A program made the translations under genes and the position numbers. Shown piece by piece: positions 1 to 12,078 of a stretch of 64,000 bases of DNA. The stretch is from Octopus vulgaris (taxonomy: Eukaryota), in NCBI GenBank assembly GCA_951406725.2, contig OX597828.1, forward strand, positions 18,228,001 to 18,292,000, in the 5' to 3' direction. Numbering within the stretch: position 1 is the stretch's first letter; every line of letters starts with the position of its first letter. The notes under the pieces were generated by a model, which was given only the letters and a program-made list of their open reading frames with translations, was not told the DNA's origin and searched no databases.

Positions 1-1299
1 AGTTATCGATTACCCTTTGAAAGATGTGAAATTGACTATGGCAGAATCCCACCTCACTACAGTTTTGTATCGATAGCTAAAACGTTAAATACTTATTCAA
101 AGTTCTAATGTTTTGATTTTGTTTTTGTTTTTTTGTTTTTTGTTTTTTTGTATCAAACACCCAAATGACAGAGAATTTATTTCGAGCCACATTACCATGT
201 TGCTCTTGTTGTTGTTGCTGCTACTTTTACTCAAATTGGTTCTGATCGAATAAAGCCGTAATTACAAGCAGTCTGTGACCGTCCTGCTATATTTTCTTCT
301 GACATCGTGTATCTCGGAAAAGATTATTCAATACAAACAGCACTAGAAGGCCCAAGCCCGGTTGATTAATAACTCAAACACCATGACCAAAATTTACTGC
401 ATTTCTGCTAAATTACATCAGAATACGGCGAACCATCTTCAGCCAGTCGAAGAACCCTAATTTACTCACATACTCAGAATGATTTCAAAGGTATGAATCA
501 AAGATTGTTCAAGTTAATTTTCATACTAGAACGACAAATATAGAACGTAAAGACATATTTTATCCAAACATTATTTTCTTTTATTGTCCAGAAGATCCTT
601 TATCTTTATTTTTTTTTTCAAAATACCGCACTACTTTGTATAATTACTATAATTTAATTATTTTTCTCAGCAGTAATTTTACCAGTGTCCATTTCTGTGC
701 TTCTTGTTATGCCAAAGTCTTAGTTATTCGGTTAGTGGGCAAAAAGAATTTCAGAAAAAAGCGACGCATAACTTATCCTCGAAATATTGAGGAGTTATAC
801 TAGTCTCTTTGGAAAGATGTGTATGCGTGTATTTTCAAGGTAAAGGTCACAACAGTCCAATAAATAAACATAGTAGCACGCCTTTTTAAGATGAAGGTCA
901 TATCTATACAATGAGATGTGTATAGGATCAGCATGGTGGCAGTCGAATGCATGAAATCTGTAAAATTTTATGGTACGGAATATCAATGATTATTAATCGT
1001 AAGTTAGGGAGCATTGGCTGTTATTCAGCACCGGTTTAGCCTCAATTGAACTGACCTATGATGTAAGCTGTTCTATAGTTGAGTATCCGATCATATGTAT
1101 TCACAGTGTATCAAGAAATTTTAAACATTATTGAATAAATATTTGCCTTATTTATTTTTAAGATTGTGGAATGTGTTTTAAAGAAGATTTCATGGTTCTT
1201 GCTTTGTCTTGTAATTTTTTTAATATGCCTGACAACTACACAGATATTCACTCAGTGTTTTGTTGCAAATTAAAGGTAAATATATTTTGACTTAATATG

Positions 1300-1690
1300 T
1301 TTTTATAATTCCCTGCGCGCGTAAGCGAAAGCAAGGTATAGTAACCACTTGTCTTTGTCTGTCTGTGTGTTTGCAAAACTACTGGAAAACGGCTGAACGT
1401 ATTTTCACCAAATTTGACAGAAATACTCGTTGGGTTAGTGGCTTGAAATGAGAAAAATTTCGTCTGATTATCTTCAAGCATACATAGATACATACATAGA
1501 TATACGACACTGTGTGTGTGTGTGCCCGCGCGCATGAGTATGCGTACAGTGAGAGATTCGAGGGTTTCGTTTATTTACGAGTTGATTTATTAATCCCACC
1601 GGTGTATAAATGACTCTAATGGTGATACTTAAAAAACAAAACGTTCTCTGCACGCAGGGTATGCATCGCCCTCCAATGTCTTTTAGTTTT
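1300..1690 (+). mobile_element. Helentron/DINE-1-like non-autonomous element (HINE)
   Basis: Starts in a T-run. 5' subterminal repeat attccctgcgcgc (1308-1320) is mirrored by gcacgcagggtat (1650-1662). Contains a gtct microsatellite and aaaacggctgaacgtattttcaccaaattt, and ends in a short decayed hairpin then ttttagtttt. Confidence 0.65.
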
Positions 1691-1893
1691 CGTTTAAACA
1701 TGTTTTTCACGAGATACATTGTCAAAGCTTACCAATGTAGTGTTGCAGATTCTGTTGCTTTAGTCTATTGCTATAGAACTGCTCCTATTTAGTTATGGCA
1801 TCGATTAGACTTAATCAGGCGAGCCAATATTAAAAGGAATCCATCATAAACAATCCGTCCTATTTTTAAACTTAGCATACTTACTTAACACTT

Positions 1894-2195
1894 GTGAGGA
1901 CGCTTGGCCTAGTGGCTAGTATGTTCAACTCATGATTGCGAGATCGTGATTTCAATTCCTAGACCGTGTTGAGTGTTGTGTTCTTGAGCAAGGCACTTCA
2001 TCTCACGTCGCTCTGCCATCGCTTCAACACCTGACGAGTAGTACACCGTGCGCTTGTCCACGTAACGTCGATTTAAATGAGTGACATCATGTACAACACA
2101 TGCATTTGATCACCATACTATAAACAAATCATTTGAGCAGGTCGCTCGGCAAAAAGGCTGAATACTCATACGTTGATTTCGACAGGAGAACCTAT
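1894..2195 (+). mobile_element. tRNA-derived SINE, family D (CORE-like), decayed
   Basis: tRNA-like head (ggcctagtggctag ... tttcaattcc) followed by ttcttgagcaaggcacttcatctc. Homologous to 29378-29707 and 48615-48948. Confidence 0.7.
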
Positions 2196-2387
2196 CATAT
2201 CTAACACTACCACCTTAACCAATTTATCATTTTCTTTATGCTTTTATTAATATTTTCTAACAGGTAAGACATGATTTGAGAGAGATTAGTTACTATTTCT
2301 ATCTGGTTAGCAGCCACATATAGGTTCCACTATCCACTTGCATCACCGAAAATTCTTTGACAATTGGAACAATATTTAATGTGTTCA

Positions 2388-3154
2388 AGGCGGCGAGCTG
2401 GCAGGAACGTTAGCACGCCGGGCGAATTGCGTAGCCGTATTTTTGTCCGCCGTTACGTTCTGAGTTCAAATTCCGCCGAGGTCGACTTTGCCTTTCATCC
2501 TTTCGGGGTCGACAAATTAAGTACCAGTTACGCACTGGGGTCGATGTAATCGACTTAATCCATTTGTCTGTCCTTGTTTATCCCCTCTGTGTTTAGCCTG
2601 TTGTGTGTAGTAAAGAAATAGGTATTTCATCTGCCGCCACGTTCTGAATTCAAATTCCGCCGAGGTCCACTTTGCCTTTCATCCTTTCGGGATCGATTAA
2701 ATAAGTACCAGTTACGCACTGGGATCGATATAATCGACTTAATCCGTTAGTCTGTCCTTGTTTGTCCCCTCTGTGTTTAGCCCTTTGTGGGCAGTAAAGA
2801 AATAGGTATTTCGTCTGCCGCTACGTTCTGAGTTCAAATTCCGCCGAGGTCGACTTTGCCTTTCATCCTTTCGGTGTCGATTAAATAAGTAACAGTTATG
2901 CACTGGGGTTCGATATAATCGACTTAATCCATTTGTCTGTCCTTGTTTGTCCTCTTTGTGTTTAGCCCCTTGTGAGTAGTAAAGAAATGGGTATTTCGTC
3001 TGTCTTTACGTTCTGAGATCAAATTCCGCCGAGGTCGTCTTGGCCTTTCATCCTTTCAGGGTCGATAATTTATGTACCAGCTGCGTACCGGGGTCGATCT
3101 AATCGACTGGCCCCCTCCCCAAACACTTCGGGCCTTGTGCCTAGAAGAGAAAAG
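2388..3154 (+). mobile_element. tRNA-derived SINE, family A, tetrameric copy with 17-bp TSD
   Basis: One head (ggcggcgagctggcag), then four ~183-bp modules each with B-box gagttcaaattcc and core gactttgcctttcatcctttcggggtcga (resembles the Meta-SINE domain, from memory). TSD aatat(t/c)taatgtgttca at 2371-2387 and 3155-3171. Confidence 0.9.
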
Positions 3155-3319
3155 AATATCTAATGTGTTCAGCCAGGAAGTTTCCTTGGTATTTTGAAAT
3201 ATTGTAAATCCTGGGTATGGTCGGCCATACAAGGCCGGACAAATGAGATCAATTCTGCTATGTTATCCTTTCGACTCGATAAAGGAAAGTACCACTCACG
3301 CACTAGTGTTATTCCTATT

Positions 3320-3351
<32 letters not shown>

Positions 3352-3681
3352 TCATTTTCTGCTTTCTTTATTTCTCTGTTTTCTTTTATCTCTTTTTCAA
3401 TCTCTCTCTCTCTCTCTCTCACTCTCTCTACCTCTCGTTCTCTGTCTCTCCTTCTCAGAGTCAGTCCCGCTATGCTAAGCGTAAGACATACTGGTACACC
3501 ATCCAGAATTCAGAGTATCCCTATGCCTTTACTCTAAGATAACCCCTTCTATTCTATCACACACGAAGAATATTTCCCCAAAAAAACCAAGAGTATGAAC
3601 CAGAATGATATCTAAAACAATATCATCCAGCAGTCTCCTTCCACTTTGAAGTCGATAATGAGTAATTAGAAGGACATATAG

Positions 3682-3873
3682 CTGCTATTTCTTACAGATC
3701 GAGCGACCACTTAGGACCTGTTCTTTGGCTCGCAAAATTTACAAGTACATCCAGAAGGGGGTTTTACTAGATAATGTCTGCTATTTCTTACAGATCGAGC
3801 GACCACTTAGGACCTGTTCTTTGGCTCGCATAATTGACAAGTACATCCAGAAGGGGGTTTTACTAGATAATGT
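3682..3873. repeat. 96-bp tandem duplication (2 near-identical units)
   Basis: ctgctatttcttacagatcgagcgaccac...tactagataatgt at 3682-3777 and 3778-3873. Confidence 0.95.
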
Positions 3874-4396
3874 ATTAAATCTCGAATTATTTTCCATTAT
3901 ATTATTTTTATTTTCAATCAATTTTAATTGTTATCAGTCCTGACCAACCAGATCAATGACACCTGCAAACGATCCAGTCTGCAAGTGAAGGATACAATAA
4001 GCTGTATTGATCTGATGGATTGGTCAATCTAAAAGTGCTTGTGTGTATAGGTTGAGTATGTATACGTCTCAGAAGGAACAGGTTGCATATGTATGTGTCT
4101 GTGCTCGTATCGGTTTGTATGTATATGTCTGTGTGTCTGGAAACTAAAATAGAAATCGAGAGAAACCGGTCTTAAACAAAAAGATGAAATTAAAACGTTA
4201 CATGTACGGCTACAAAATGAATTGATTTTTTTTTTCTAGTTGTATAAAGCCTTATAATATTATAAGATTCAATCTTGATTGACACCGACCGTATTCACTT
4301 AGGATTATTTATACGAATCCCTAATCTGAATACGTAAGCCGACGTTTTATATGATTAAACGATAACTAATTAATTTATTAATTTAGGAGTTTTTTT

Positions 4397-4444
<48 letters not shown>

Positions 4445-4504
4445 TACCTATATAGATATACGTTGATATATATATATATATATAGACGCATACAATATAT
4501 ATAT

Positions 4505-5098
4505 CTTTAATTCTTTCTGTCATTTGACTACAGCCATGATGGGACACCGCTATGAAGGGTTTTAGTCGAATGAACTGACCCCAGGGTGTATTAATTTTTT
4601 AGATCCTAATACCTATTCTTTCGGTCTCTTTTGTCGAACAGCTTGGTAAAGGGAACATAAACACACCAATTGTCAAACGGTGGTGGCGGGAAGAGACACA
4701 AAAACACACGCATATATATATATACGACGGGCTTCTTTCAGTTTCCGTCTATCAAATCTACTCACAAAAGTGTCTATCCAAGGTTATAGTAAAAGACACT
4801 CACCTAAGGTACAACGCAGTGGAAACTGAACCCGGAACCATATAGTTGGGAACCAAGCTTCTTTTCTTCTTTAGGCACAAGGCCCGAACTTTTTGAGGAG
4901 GGGGGGGGGGGCAGTCGATTAGATCGACCCCAGTGCGCAACTGGTACTTAATTTATCGACCCCGAAAGGATGAAAGTGGACCTCGACGAAATTTGAAGTC
5001 AGAACGTAAAGACAGACGAAATACCGCAAAGCTTTTCGCCCAGCTTGCTAACGTTTCTGCTAGCTCGCTGCCTTCTTACCACAGCCACACCTGCGCCT
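4505..5098 (-). mobile_element. SINE family B with a family A copy nested in its head (about 4862-5073)
   Basis: B body (gacgggcttctttcagtttccgtct, ctgaacccggaacc) is interrupted after aagcttctt and resumes at cttcttaccacagcc. Confidence 0.85.
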
Positions 5099-5178
5099 AT
5101 ATACATGTGTGCGTGTATGAATGTCTATATATTTATACATATTCAGACACATATATATATGTGAATATATATGTATAC

Positions 5179-5261
<83 letters not shown>

Positions 5262-5565
5262 GTGTCCATAAAATACTATTACAAATTGAGAAATTCAGAA
5301 AAATTGCAAAATAAGGATGATACAGTAGAATTTATGAGAAGACAAACTAAGTTTTATTACTAAACATCAGAATACATCCGCATGGGTTCCATTGGTTGCG
5401 CGAAATATATCTTGAATGCATAATAAAATAGATTCAAGAAGTTGTAAAGATAATTTATGAACACCGTCAGGTTTTAATCAATCACTTCTAACACTCCATG
5501 AAATAAGCTGCGTCTAGGAAACGATGTATTTAAAAGCATTATTAGATGTTACTAGTAGCTCTATT

Positions 5566-5874
5566 GAAGGTGCAGGAATTCGTAGCTGCTGTATGCATCT
5601 CACGATCATAATGTCGTAAGTTCGATTTGATGCGGTGAGTTATGTCCTTGAGCAAGACGCTTTATTTCGCGCTGCTTCTGTCCACTCAGCTGGCAGAACT
5701 GTGTTGTACCTGTGGTTCTTGTCACATTCAGTGTGTCAAACTGAATCTCCCTGCGCTAAACGCTAAGGGCACGCGTGTCTATCAAGTGCTCAGTCGCTGG
5801 CGCGTTAATTTAACGGGCAGGCTGTTCCATTGATCGGATCAACTGGAACAGTTGTCATAAACGACGGCGTGTCC
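5566..5874 (+). mobile_element. SINE with family D head and the same tail as the family C copy at 36346
   Basis: tccttgagcaagacgctttatttc core. Tail aagggcacgcgtgtct...gcaggctgttccattgatcggatcaactgg matches about 36615-36720. Confidence 0.75.
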
Positions 5875-5879
5875 AACCT

Positions 5880-6790
5880 AATTGAGTATGAGATGGACAT
5901 TCATCACTATTAATATACTATCATCATGTGATACAAATGGACGGCCGTTCGCTTTAATACACCATCACATGACACAAATTATAACACTGATTTACATAGT
6001 GCAAATCGATCTAATGAACTATCGCAAATAGACCAATACGCTCTAGTATTACGTAATTCAACCACTATACCATCATATCGATCAGGTAATACAAACTTCC
6101 TTGGACGCCATCAGCTCGGACAAGTCAAGCTAGTACATCGTCACATGACTATTACGCATTAGAAATATCATTAATACATGAGCAATGGACACAAATTAGC
6201 TAGTACTCTGTAACTATTAGGTAAGTCGACTAATATACGATGAAGTCAATCAGGTAAATCAAATTCAATTATATACCATCGGGTGGAACGAGTGGGTAGA
6301 TCTTGTTCATAGTCAGATGACACATGTTTTAAAAACGTATTATTAATAACAAATCATGTGGAAGTCACGCCAATGGTCTACAATGTGGAACAATTCGACT
6401 AATACAATATCAGGTAGTACAAGTAACCTTGGATGTCATAGGTTACCCCCATACGTCTATATCTTACAGATGCCCAATTAATTCATCATCAATTGACATA
6501 TACCACACTAAATCACCACAGAGTAGCACAGGCCATATTTATTTATCATCAGTAAGGAGAACAATTCGACTAATACACCATACAAGTTAATCTAATGCAT
6601 CACCAAGAGGTATACACCAAGCTGTAAAGCGGCTCAGGTCGACTAATGAACTATTGAGTGGCACAAGTCATTCCAATACGCAGCACAAATTGCTTAGACT
6701 TACCTTGTAATATGAACACTTTACTCAGTTACCAAGGCACTTAGCTACAATAAGATCCTTCATTAGATCACTCAGCCTACTACATGTAAG
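5880..6790. repeat. Highly decayed ~29-30 bp tandem array
   Basis: Recurring motif near acaagtcgactaatacaccatcaggtgg, e.g. 6223-6235, 6389-6405, 6559-6576, 6638-6647. Confidence 0.6.
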
Positions 6791-6802
6791 AGCTAAGTTA
6801 AT

Positions 6803-7400
6803 CTTTTCTTCTCTCAGCACAAGGACCGAAATGCTGGGGACGTAGATCACCCCACTACGCAACTGGTACTTAATTGATCGACCCCCAAAGGAAGAAAGGC
6901 AAAGTCGACCTCGGCGGGATTTGAAATCAGAACGTAATGACAGACGAACTACCGCTAATTATTCCGCCCGGCGTGCTAACGTTTCTTATTTCTTTGTTGC
7001 CCACAAGGGGCTAAACATACAGGGGAGAAACAAGGACAGACAAAGGGATTAAGTCGATTACATCGAGCCAGTGCGTAACTGGTACTTAATTTATCAACCC
7101 TGAAAGGAGAAAGCAAATCAACCTCGGCGGAATTTGAACTCAGAATGTAGCAGCAGACGAAATACCTATTTCTTTACTACCCACAGGGGGCTAAACACAG
7201 AGAGGAGAAACAAGGACGGACAAACGGATTAAGTCGATTATATCGACCCCAGTGCGTAACTGGTACTTATTTAACAACCCCCGAAAGGATTAAAGGCAAA
7301 AGTCGACCTCGGCGGAATTTGAACTCAGAACGTAGCGGCAGACGAAATACCGCTAAGCATTCCGCCCGGCGCGCTAACGTTTCTACCAACTCGCCGTCTT
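6803..7400 (-). mobile_element. SINE family A, multimeric copy
   Basis: Head at about 7400, three B-box/core modules, tail ending at 6803 directly against the TSD. Confidence 0.9.
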
Positions 7401-7414
7401 AAGGAATGAAAGAT

Positions 7415-7513
7415 GTTTATAGCACCTAGGTTTCCCAAGCGGTCAATCATCTCGACTTTGCTTAACTTTGATCGGACAAGAATCAGTGTTTTCAATGTGA
7501 TATTGCCGTAAAT
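7415..7513 (-). pseudogene. 5S rRNA-derived copy with an internal deletion of about 15 nt
   Basis: Minus strand reads tacggcaatatcacattgaaaacactgattcttgtccgatcaaagttaagcaaagtcgagatgattgaccgcttgggaaacctaggtgctataaac. This is colinear with metazoan 5S rRNA but lacks the GGTTAGTACTTG segment. Confidence 0.88.
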
Positions 7514-7565
7514 GTAAGAGCTAAATTAATGACACCAAATTGTGTTCACAAAATTAGAAACGAAC

Positions 7566-7950
7566 AAGACGCTTGCTTCCCAACCACATGCTTCCGGGTT
7601 CAGTCCCACTACGTAGAACCTTGGGTAAGTTTACTTTCCTATAGCCTTGATTCAACCAAAGCTTTGCCAGACGGAAACTGAAAGAAGCCCGCCATATATA
7701 TGTGCGTGCTTGTGTGTGTGTGTGTGTGTGTGTTGTTGTGTCTGTGTTTGTCCCCACCATTACCGCTTCACAGCCGGTATTGGTGTGTTTATGTCCCCAA
7801 ATCCTAGTGGTTCTGCAAAATGATCGACAGAATAAGTACTAGGCGTAAAAAAGAAGAGTCCCGGGGTCGATTTCTTCGACTAAAACCTTTCAAGGCGGTG
7901 CTCCAGCATGGCCGCAGTCAAATGACTGAAACAAGTAAAACGATAAAAGA
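7566..7950 (+). mobile_element. SINE family B, 5'-clipped
   Basis: ccgggttcagtccca B-box, ccttgggtaag, internal (TG)n, and tail ggcggtgctccagcatggccgcagtcaaatgactgaaacaagtaaaa. Confidence 0.85.
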
Positions 7951-8769
7951 ATAACAAGAATACATTCAATAACGTAATTCCGGATTCGTAGATAAGCAAC
8001 ATCAGAATAAAAGGCGGGATGGTCACGAATGGAGTGCTTTGAATTATAACTCTGCTTGAACAGGATTGAAAACATTGAATTATGTAGTTCTAGTTATCTA
8101 GAAAAACTACGGTTGAATAAAAAAAAATGGGATATTCACGAATAGAAAGTCTCTGATCACACCTCTGCTGGACCAGTCCTGACCTGGGGCTAAATAACCA
8201 ACCACCGTTCTAATATGTTATCAAGTGTCAGAAGTCGGTCTAACACACCATCAGGTTTTAACCGATCACTCTAACACTCCACTGTAACATATGAAATAAG
8301 CTTCGTCTAGGAAACGATGTATTTGAAATTATATGAAATTAAAAGCAATCATCTTCACTTTTTGTCACGACTGACAAAACAGTATCTGGTCTGTAAAATT
8401 AAACTCGGCTCAAAATAAAACTTAATATAATGAGAGATTATTTACGTTTCAGCGACCAATCATCCGTATAATGATGGCAAAACAATCGGTCACTTATGAA
8501 AATAATCAATTTAATGACCCTCCCTCGTCTCTTTCTGCATCTTTCTTTTTTCCTCTCTCCCGCTCTCTTTCTCTCGCTCTCTTTCTCTCGCTCTCCCTCT
8601 CTTTAGTCGGTCACCGCTTTCTGTTTTCACCACTTGGTTGTCTGGTTTATTTCTTTAACTATGGCGGGATTATATCTTTCGTTTCTCTCTTTCTCGGTTT
8701 GTTACGGTCTCCTCGGTATCTTGAACACATTTTTTTTTGTCTCTTCCGTCTACTCATTATCTCCATTTC

Positions 8770-8776
8770 TCTCTCT

Positions 8777-8814
<38 letters not shown>

Positions 8815-8924
8815 ACATATACATGCACATATGTATGTACGTATGTGCACTTCTCTCTTACTCTCATTATTTCTTACATTTGTTAGATATCCTGCTCACA
8901 CTCACTCTCTTTCTCTCTTGCTCC

Positions 8925-8990
<66 letters not shown>

Positions 8991-9107
8991 TTCCACCCTC
9001 TTTATTTCTCTCGAATTTTTGTTACGTTCCCTTTCATTAGCACTCAACAATTTACATTTTTACCTAAGGATCGCTTTATTTTCTTTCATTTTTGTTTCTC
9101 ACTCCCT

Positions 9108-9183
<76 letters not shown>

Positions 9184-9389
9184 TTATCTATCTATCTCTC
9201 CTTATTGTTCTCTCTTTCTCACAACATTTTTATTTTCTCCCTCTCTCTCTCCCTCTCTCTCTCCCTAACGCTATTTACCTTTTCCCTCTCCCAAACCATC
9301 TTTCCCAACATTTTAATCGCTCTGCTGTTCTTTACTTCGCTTTTTCTAAATCTTTCTTTTTAATTCTTTTAAAGACAGTGGGCTGACTT

Positions 9390-9454
<65 letters not shown>

Positions 9455-9649
9455 TTTATTCTTTTACTTGTTTCAGTCATTTGACTGCGGCCATACTGGA
9501 GCACCGCCATGAGTCGAGCAAATCAACCCCAGGACTTATTCTTTGTAAGTACTTATTCTATCGGGTTTATTTTGCCGAACTGTTAGGTTACAGGGGACCT
9601 AAACATACCAGCATCGGTTGTCAAGCAATGGTGGGGGACAAACACACAC

Positions 9650-9695
<46 letters not shown>

Positions 9696-9847
9696 GCTTC
9701 TTTCAGTTTCCGTCTACCAAATCTCTCCGCATACTTCTAGATTTCTTTTATCGCTCCGTCTCTGGCGCTTTTTAGTTTTCTCTCTCTCACAAGCTCTCTC
9801 TAGTTTTACTTTTTCTCACAAATTTCTGTCTCTTTATCTTTCATTCA

Positions 9848-9929
<82 letters not shown>

Positions 9930-10007
9930 CTGTGTGTGTGTGTGTATGTGTGTATGTGTTTGTGTGTATGTATACGTATGTAAAAATGTATTTATTAATA
10001 TATTTAT

Positions 10008-10038
<31 letters not shown>

Positions 10039-10220
10039 AGAGAGAGAGAGGTATATGTATGTATGTATGTATGTATGTATGAATGTATATATTGTGTATA
10101 TATATATATATATATAGTTTCTCTCACTCTTTGTAGCTCAAAATAAATACCACGCTAAGTTTTCTCTTGGACGTCTCTCTTCGCTTCTCTCTTTCTCTCT
10201 CTTTCTCTCTCTCTCTCTGA
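8770..10220. repeat. Compound (TA)n/(CT)n/(TG)n microsatellite field containing a partial family B SINE (about 9452-9720, minus)
   Basis: Direct inspection. Confidence 0.9.
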
Positions 10221-10756
10221 TTAATCATTTTTATATATTTTTATATTTGTTTACCTGCTTCACAGAGATATCATTGCAATTATGACACTAAATACACACA
10301 ACTACTTTGATTGAGCTATCTTCTCCATACCACAGATAAACGACAAACAACAACAACAACAACAGAAATACGTAGAAGGGAAGCCATCTGGAACGAAGAT
10401 ATAAAACTTCTTGAATAAAAAAAGCCTGTAAATAAAAAAAAAAGCAAAAACAAAACAGAAATAAACAAAGAAGCAATACATAATCGCCTCTTCTCAAGGA
10501 ATTAGCAGGGTAGCGCAAAGAATCAAATATTTTAATCATTCAATAACAATGATGTAAACCAATTAAGAAATATCGAACACATCCTAAATTTATACTAAAT
10601 TCATTTGCCAGAAATTTGCTTTATTTTCAATTAAATCAATATCTTCCGTCTCGGAGTTAATCTTACGAATTCTTCTTCCATCTCCCGAGTGTTTTAGTAT
10701 TAGTGGCGTGTTGCTAAGGACGGTGGGCTTTATATATATATATATGTATATATATA

Positions 10757-10961
10757 TTCTTTTATTCTTTTACTTGTTTCAGTCATTTGACTGCGGTCAT
10801 ACTGGAGCACCGCCTTTAGTCGAGCAAATCAACCCCAGGACTTATTCTTCGTAAGTACTTATTCTATCGGGCTTATTTTGCCGAACCGCTAGGTTACGGG
10901 GGACCTAAACACACCAGCATCGGTTGTCAAGTGATGGTGGGGGACAAACACGGACACACAA

Positions 10962-11029
<68 letters not shown>

Positions 11030-11187
11030 GACAGGCTTCTTTCAGTTTCCGTCTACCAAATCTACTCACAAGGCTTTGATCGGCCCGAGGCTATAGTAGA
11101 AGACACTCACCGAAGGTGCCACGCTGTAGGACTGAACCAGGAACCATGTGGTTGGTTAGCAAGCTACTTACCACACAGCCACTCCTG
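10757..11187 (-). mobile_element. SINE family B, full length
   Basis: Tail, central (TA)/(CA) tract and tRNA head (ccacacagccactcctg) all present. Confidence 0.9.
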
Positions 11188-11199
11188 TATATATATATA

Positions 11200-12078
11200 C
11201 AGGGGATGATGGGTAAATTGTTGCTTTTCATATTTTAATTTCGCGCATGTGTATTGTTTGTTTTTGATTTTTACGACTACACGCCGTAGTAGGGTCGGTT
11301 GGGTACCGTTTGTGAGGAAAAGACAATGACGCAATTCACTCTAGTGGGAATTTGGAAACACATGCTGTACTGTTTGGCATTCGCGCTGGAAACTCCAATA
11401 CGAACTATTGGTGAACACACTGAACACACGTTGGCTTGCCGTGTCCCCAAAACATGTACCGAGAGTGATAAAAATCAAACATCCAGTCAACATGTTGGTG
11501 TTTGTAGGGATCACTAGTGATGATGCCGTTATGCTGTTATGCCTCCATTCATTTACCACACGGCCTGACTCAACACGGAGGTCTACATCAAGAGCCTGGA
11601 GGAGGTCGTGCTACCCTGGGTCAAGAGAAGGGCTGCTGGAACTCTCTATTTCTGGCGGCAGGAATCTGCACCATACTACACATACAGGAAAAAACCAGTC
11701 ATGGCTGTCAGACAATTTCTGCGACCACATTACACCTAACATCTTGTTATCTAACTCCCCAGACTGGAACCCCCTTGATTATTATGTGTGGGGCACTGTT
11801 GAACAAGAGACCAACAAAACTCCTTGTAACACCAAACATGAACTGAAGGCAAGGATTAAAGCAGCATTCACCAACAAGGCGAACGTTTACAAGAGTTGTA
11901 GGAGACTCCAAAGTCACCAGGAGGCTCTGGTTGAAGCCAATGGAAATTTTATTGAATAAATTTATTGTTTAGTATTTCAAGATATTTTAATGTAATTTAG
12001 GTAAATATATCTGTTAAAATGAGATGTCAGTGTTTCATTTCTGCGTAATTTAGACGACAATATCTTCACCGCACCCTG
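11200..12078 (+). mobile_element. Tc1/mariner superfamily (maT/DD37D-like) element, internally deleted and frameshifted
   Basis: TA-flanked degenerate TIRs (caggggatgatgg... / ...caccgcaccctg). Transposase remnant NSPDWNPLDYYVWG...LVEANGNFIE in ORF 11408-11959 resembles the DD37D copy at 33688. Confidence 0.85.

Noticed and set aside
345-365. ggcccaagcccgg resembling a twister ribozyme loop
   Set aside because: The closing stem and remaining twister elements are absent.
5880-6790. CRISPR-like periodicity
   Set aside because: The units are contiguous and degenerate with no unique spacers, there are no cas genes, and the context is eukaryotic.
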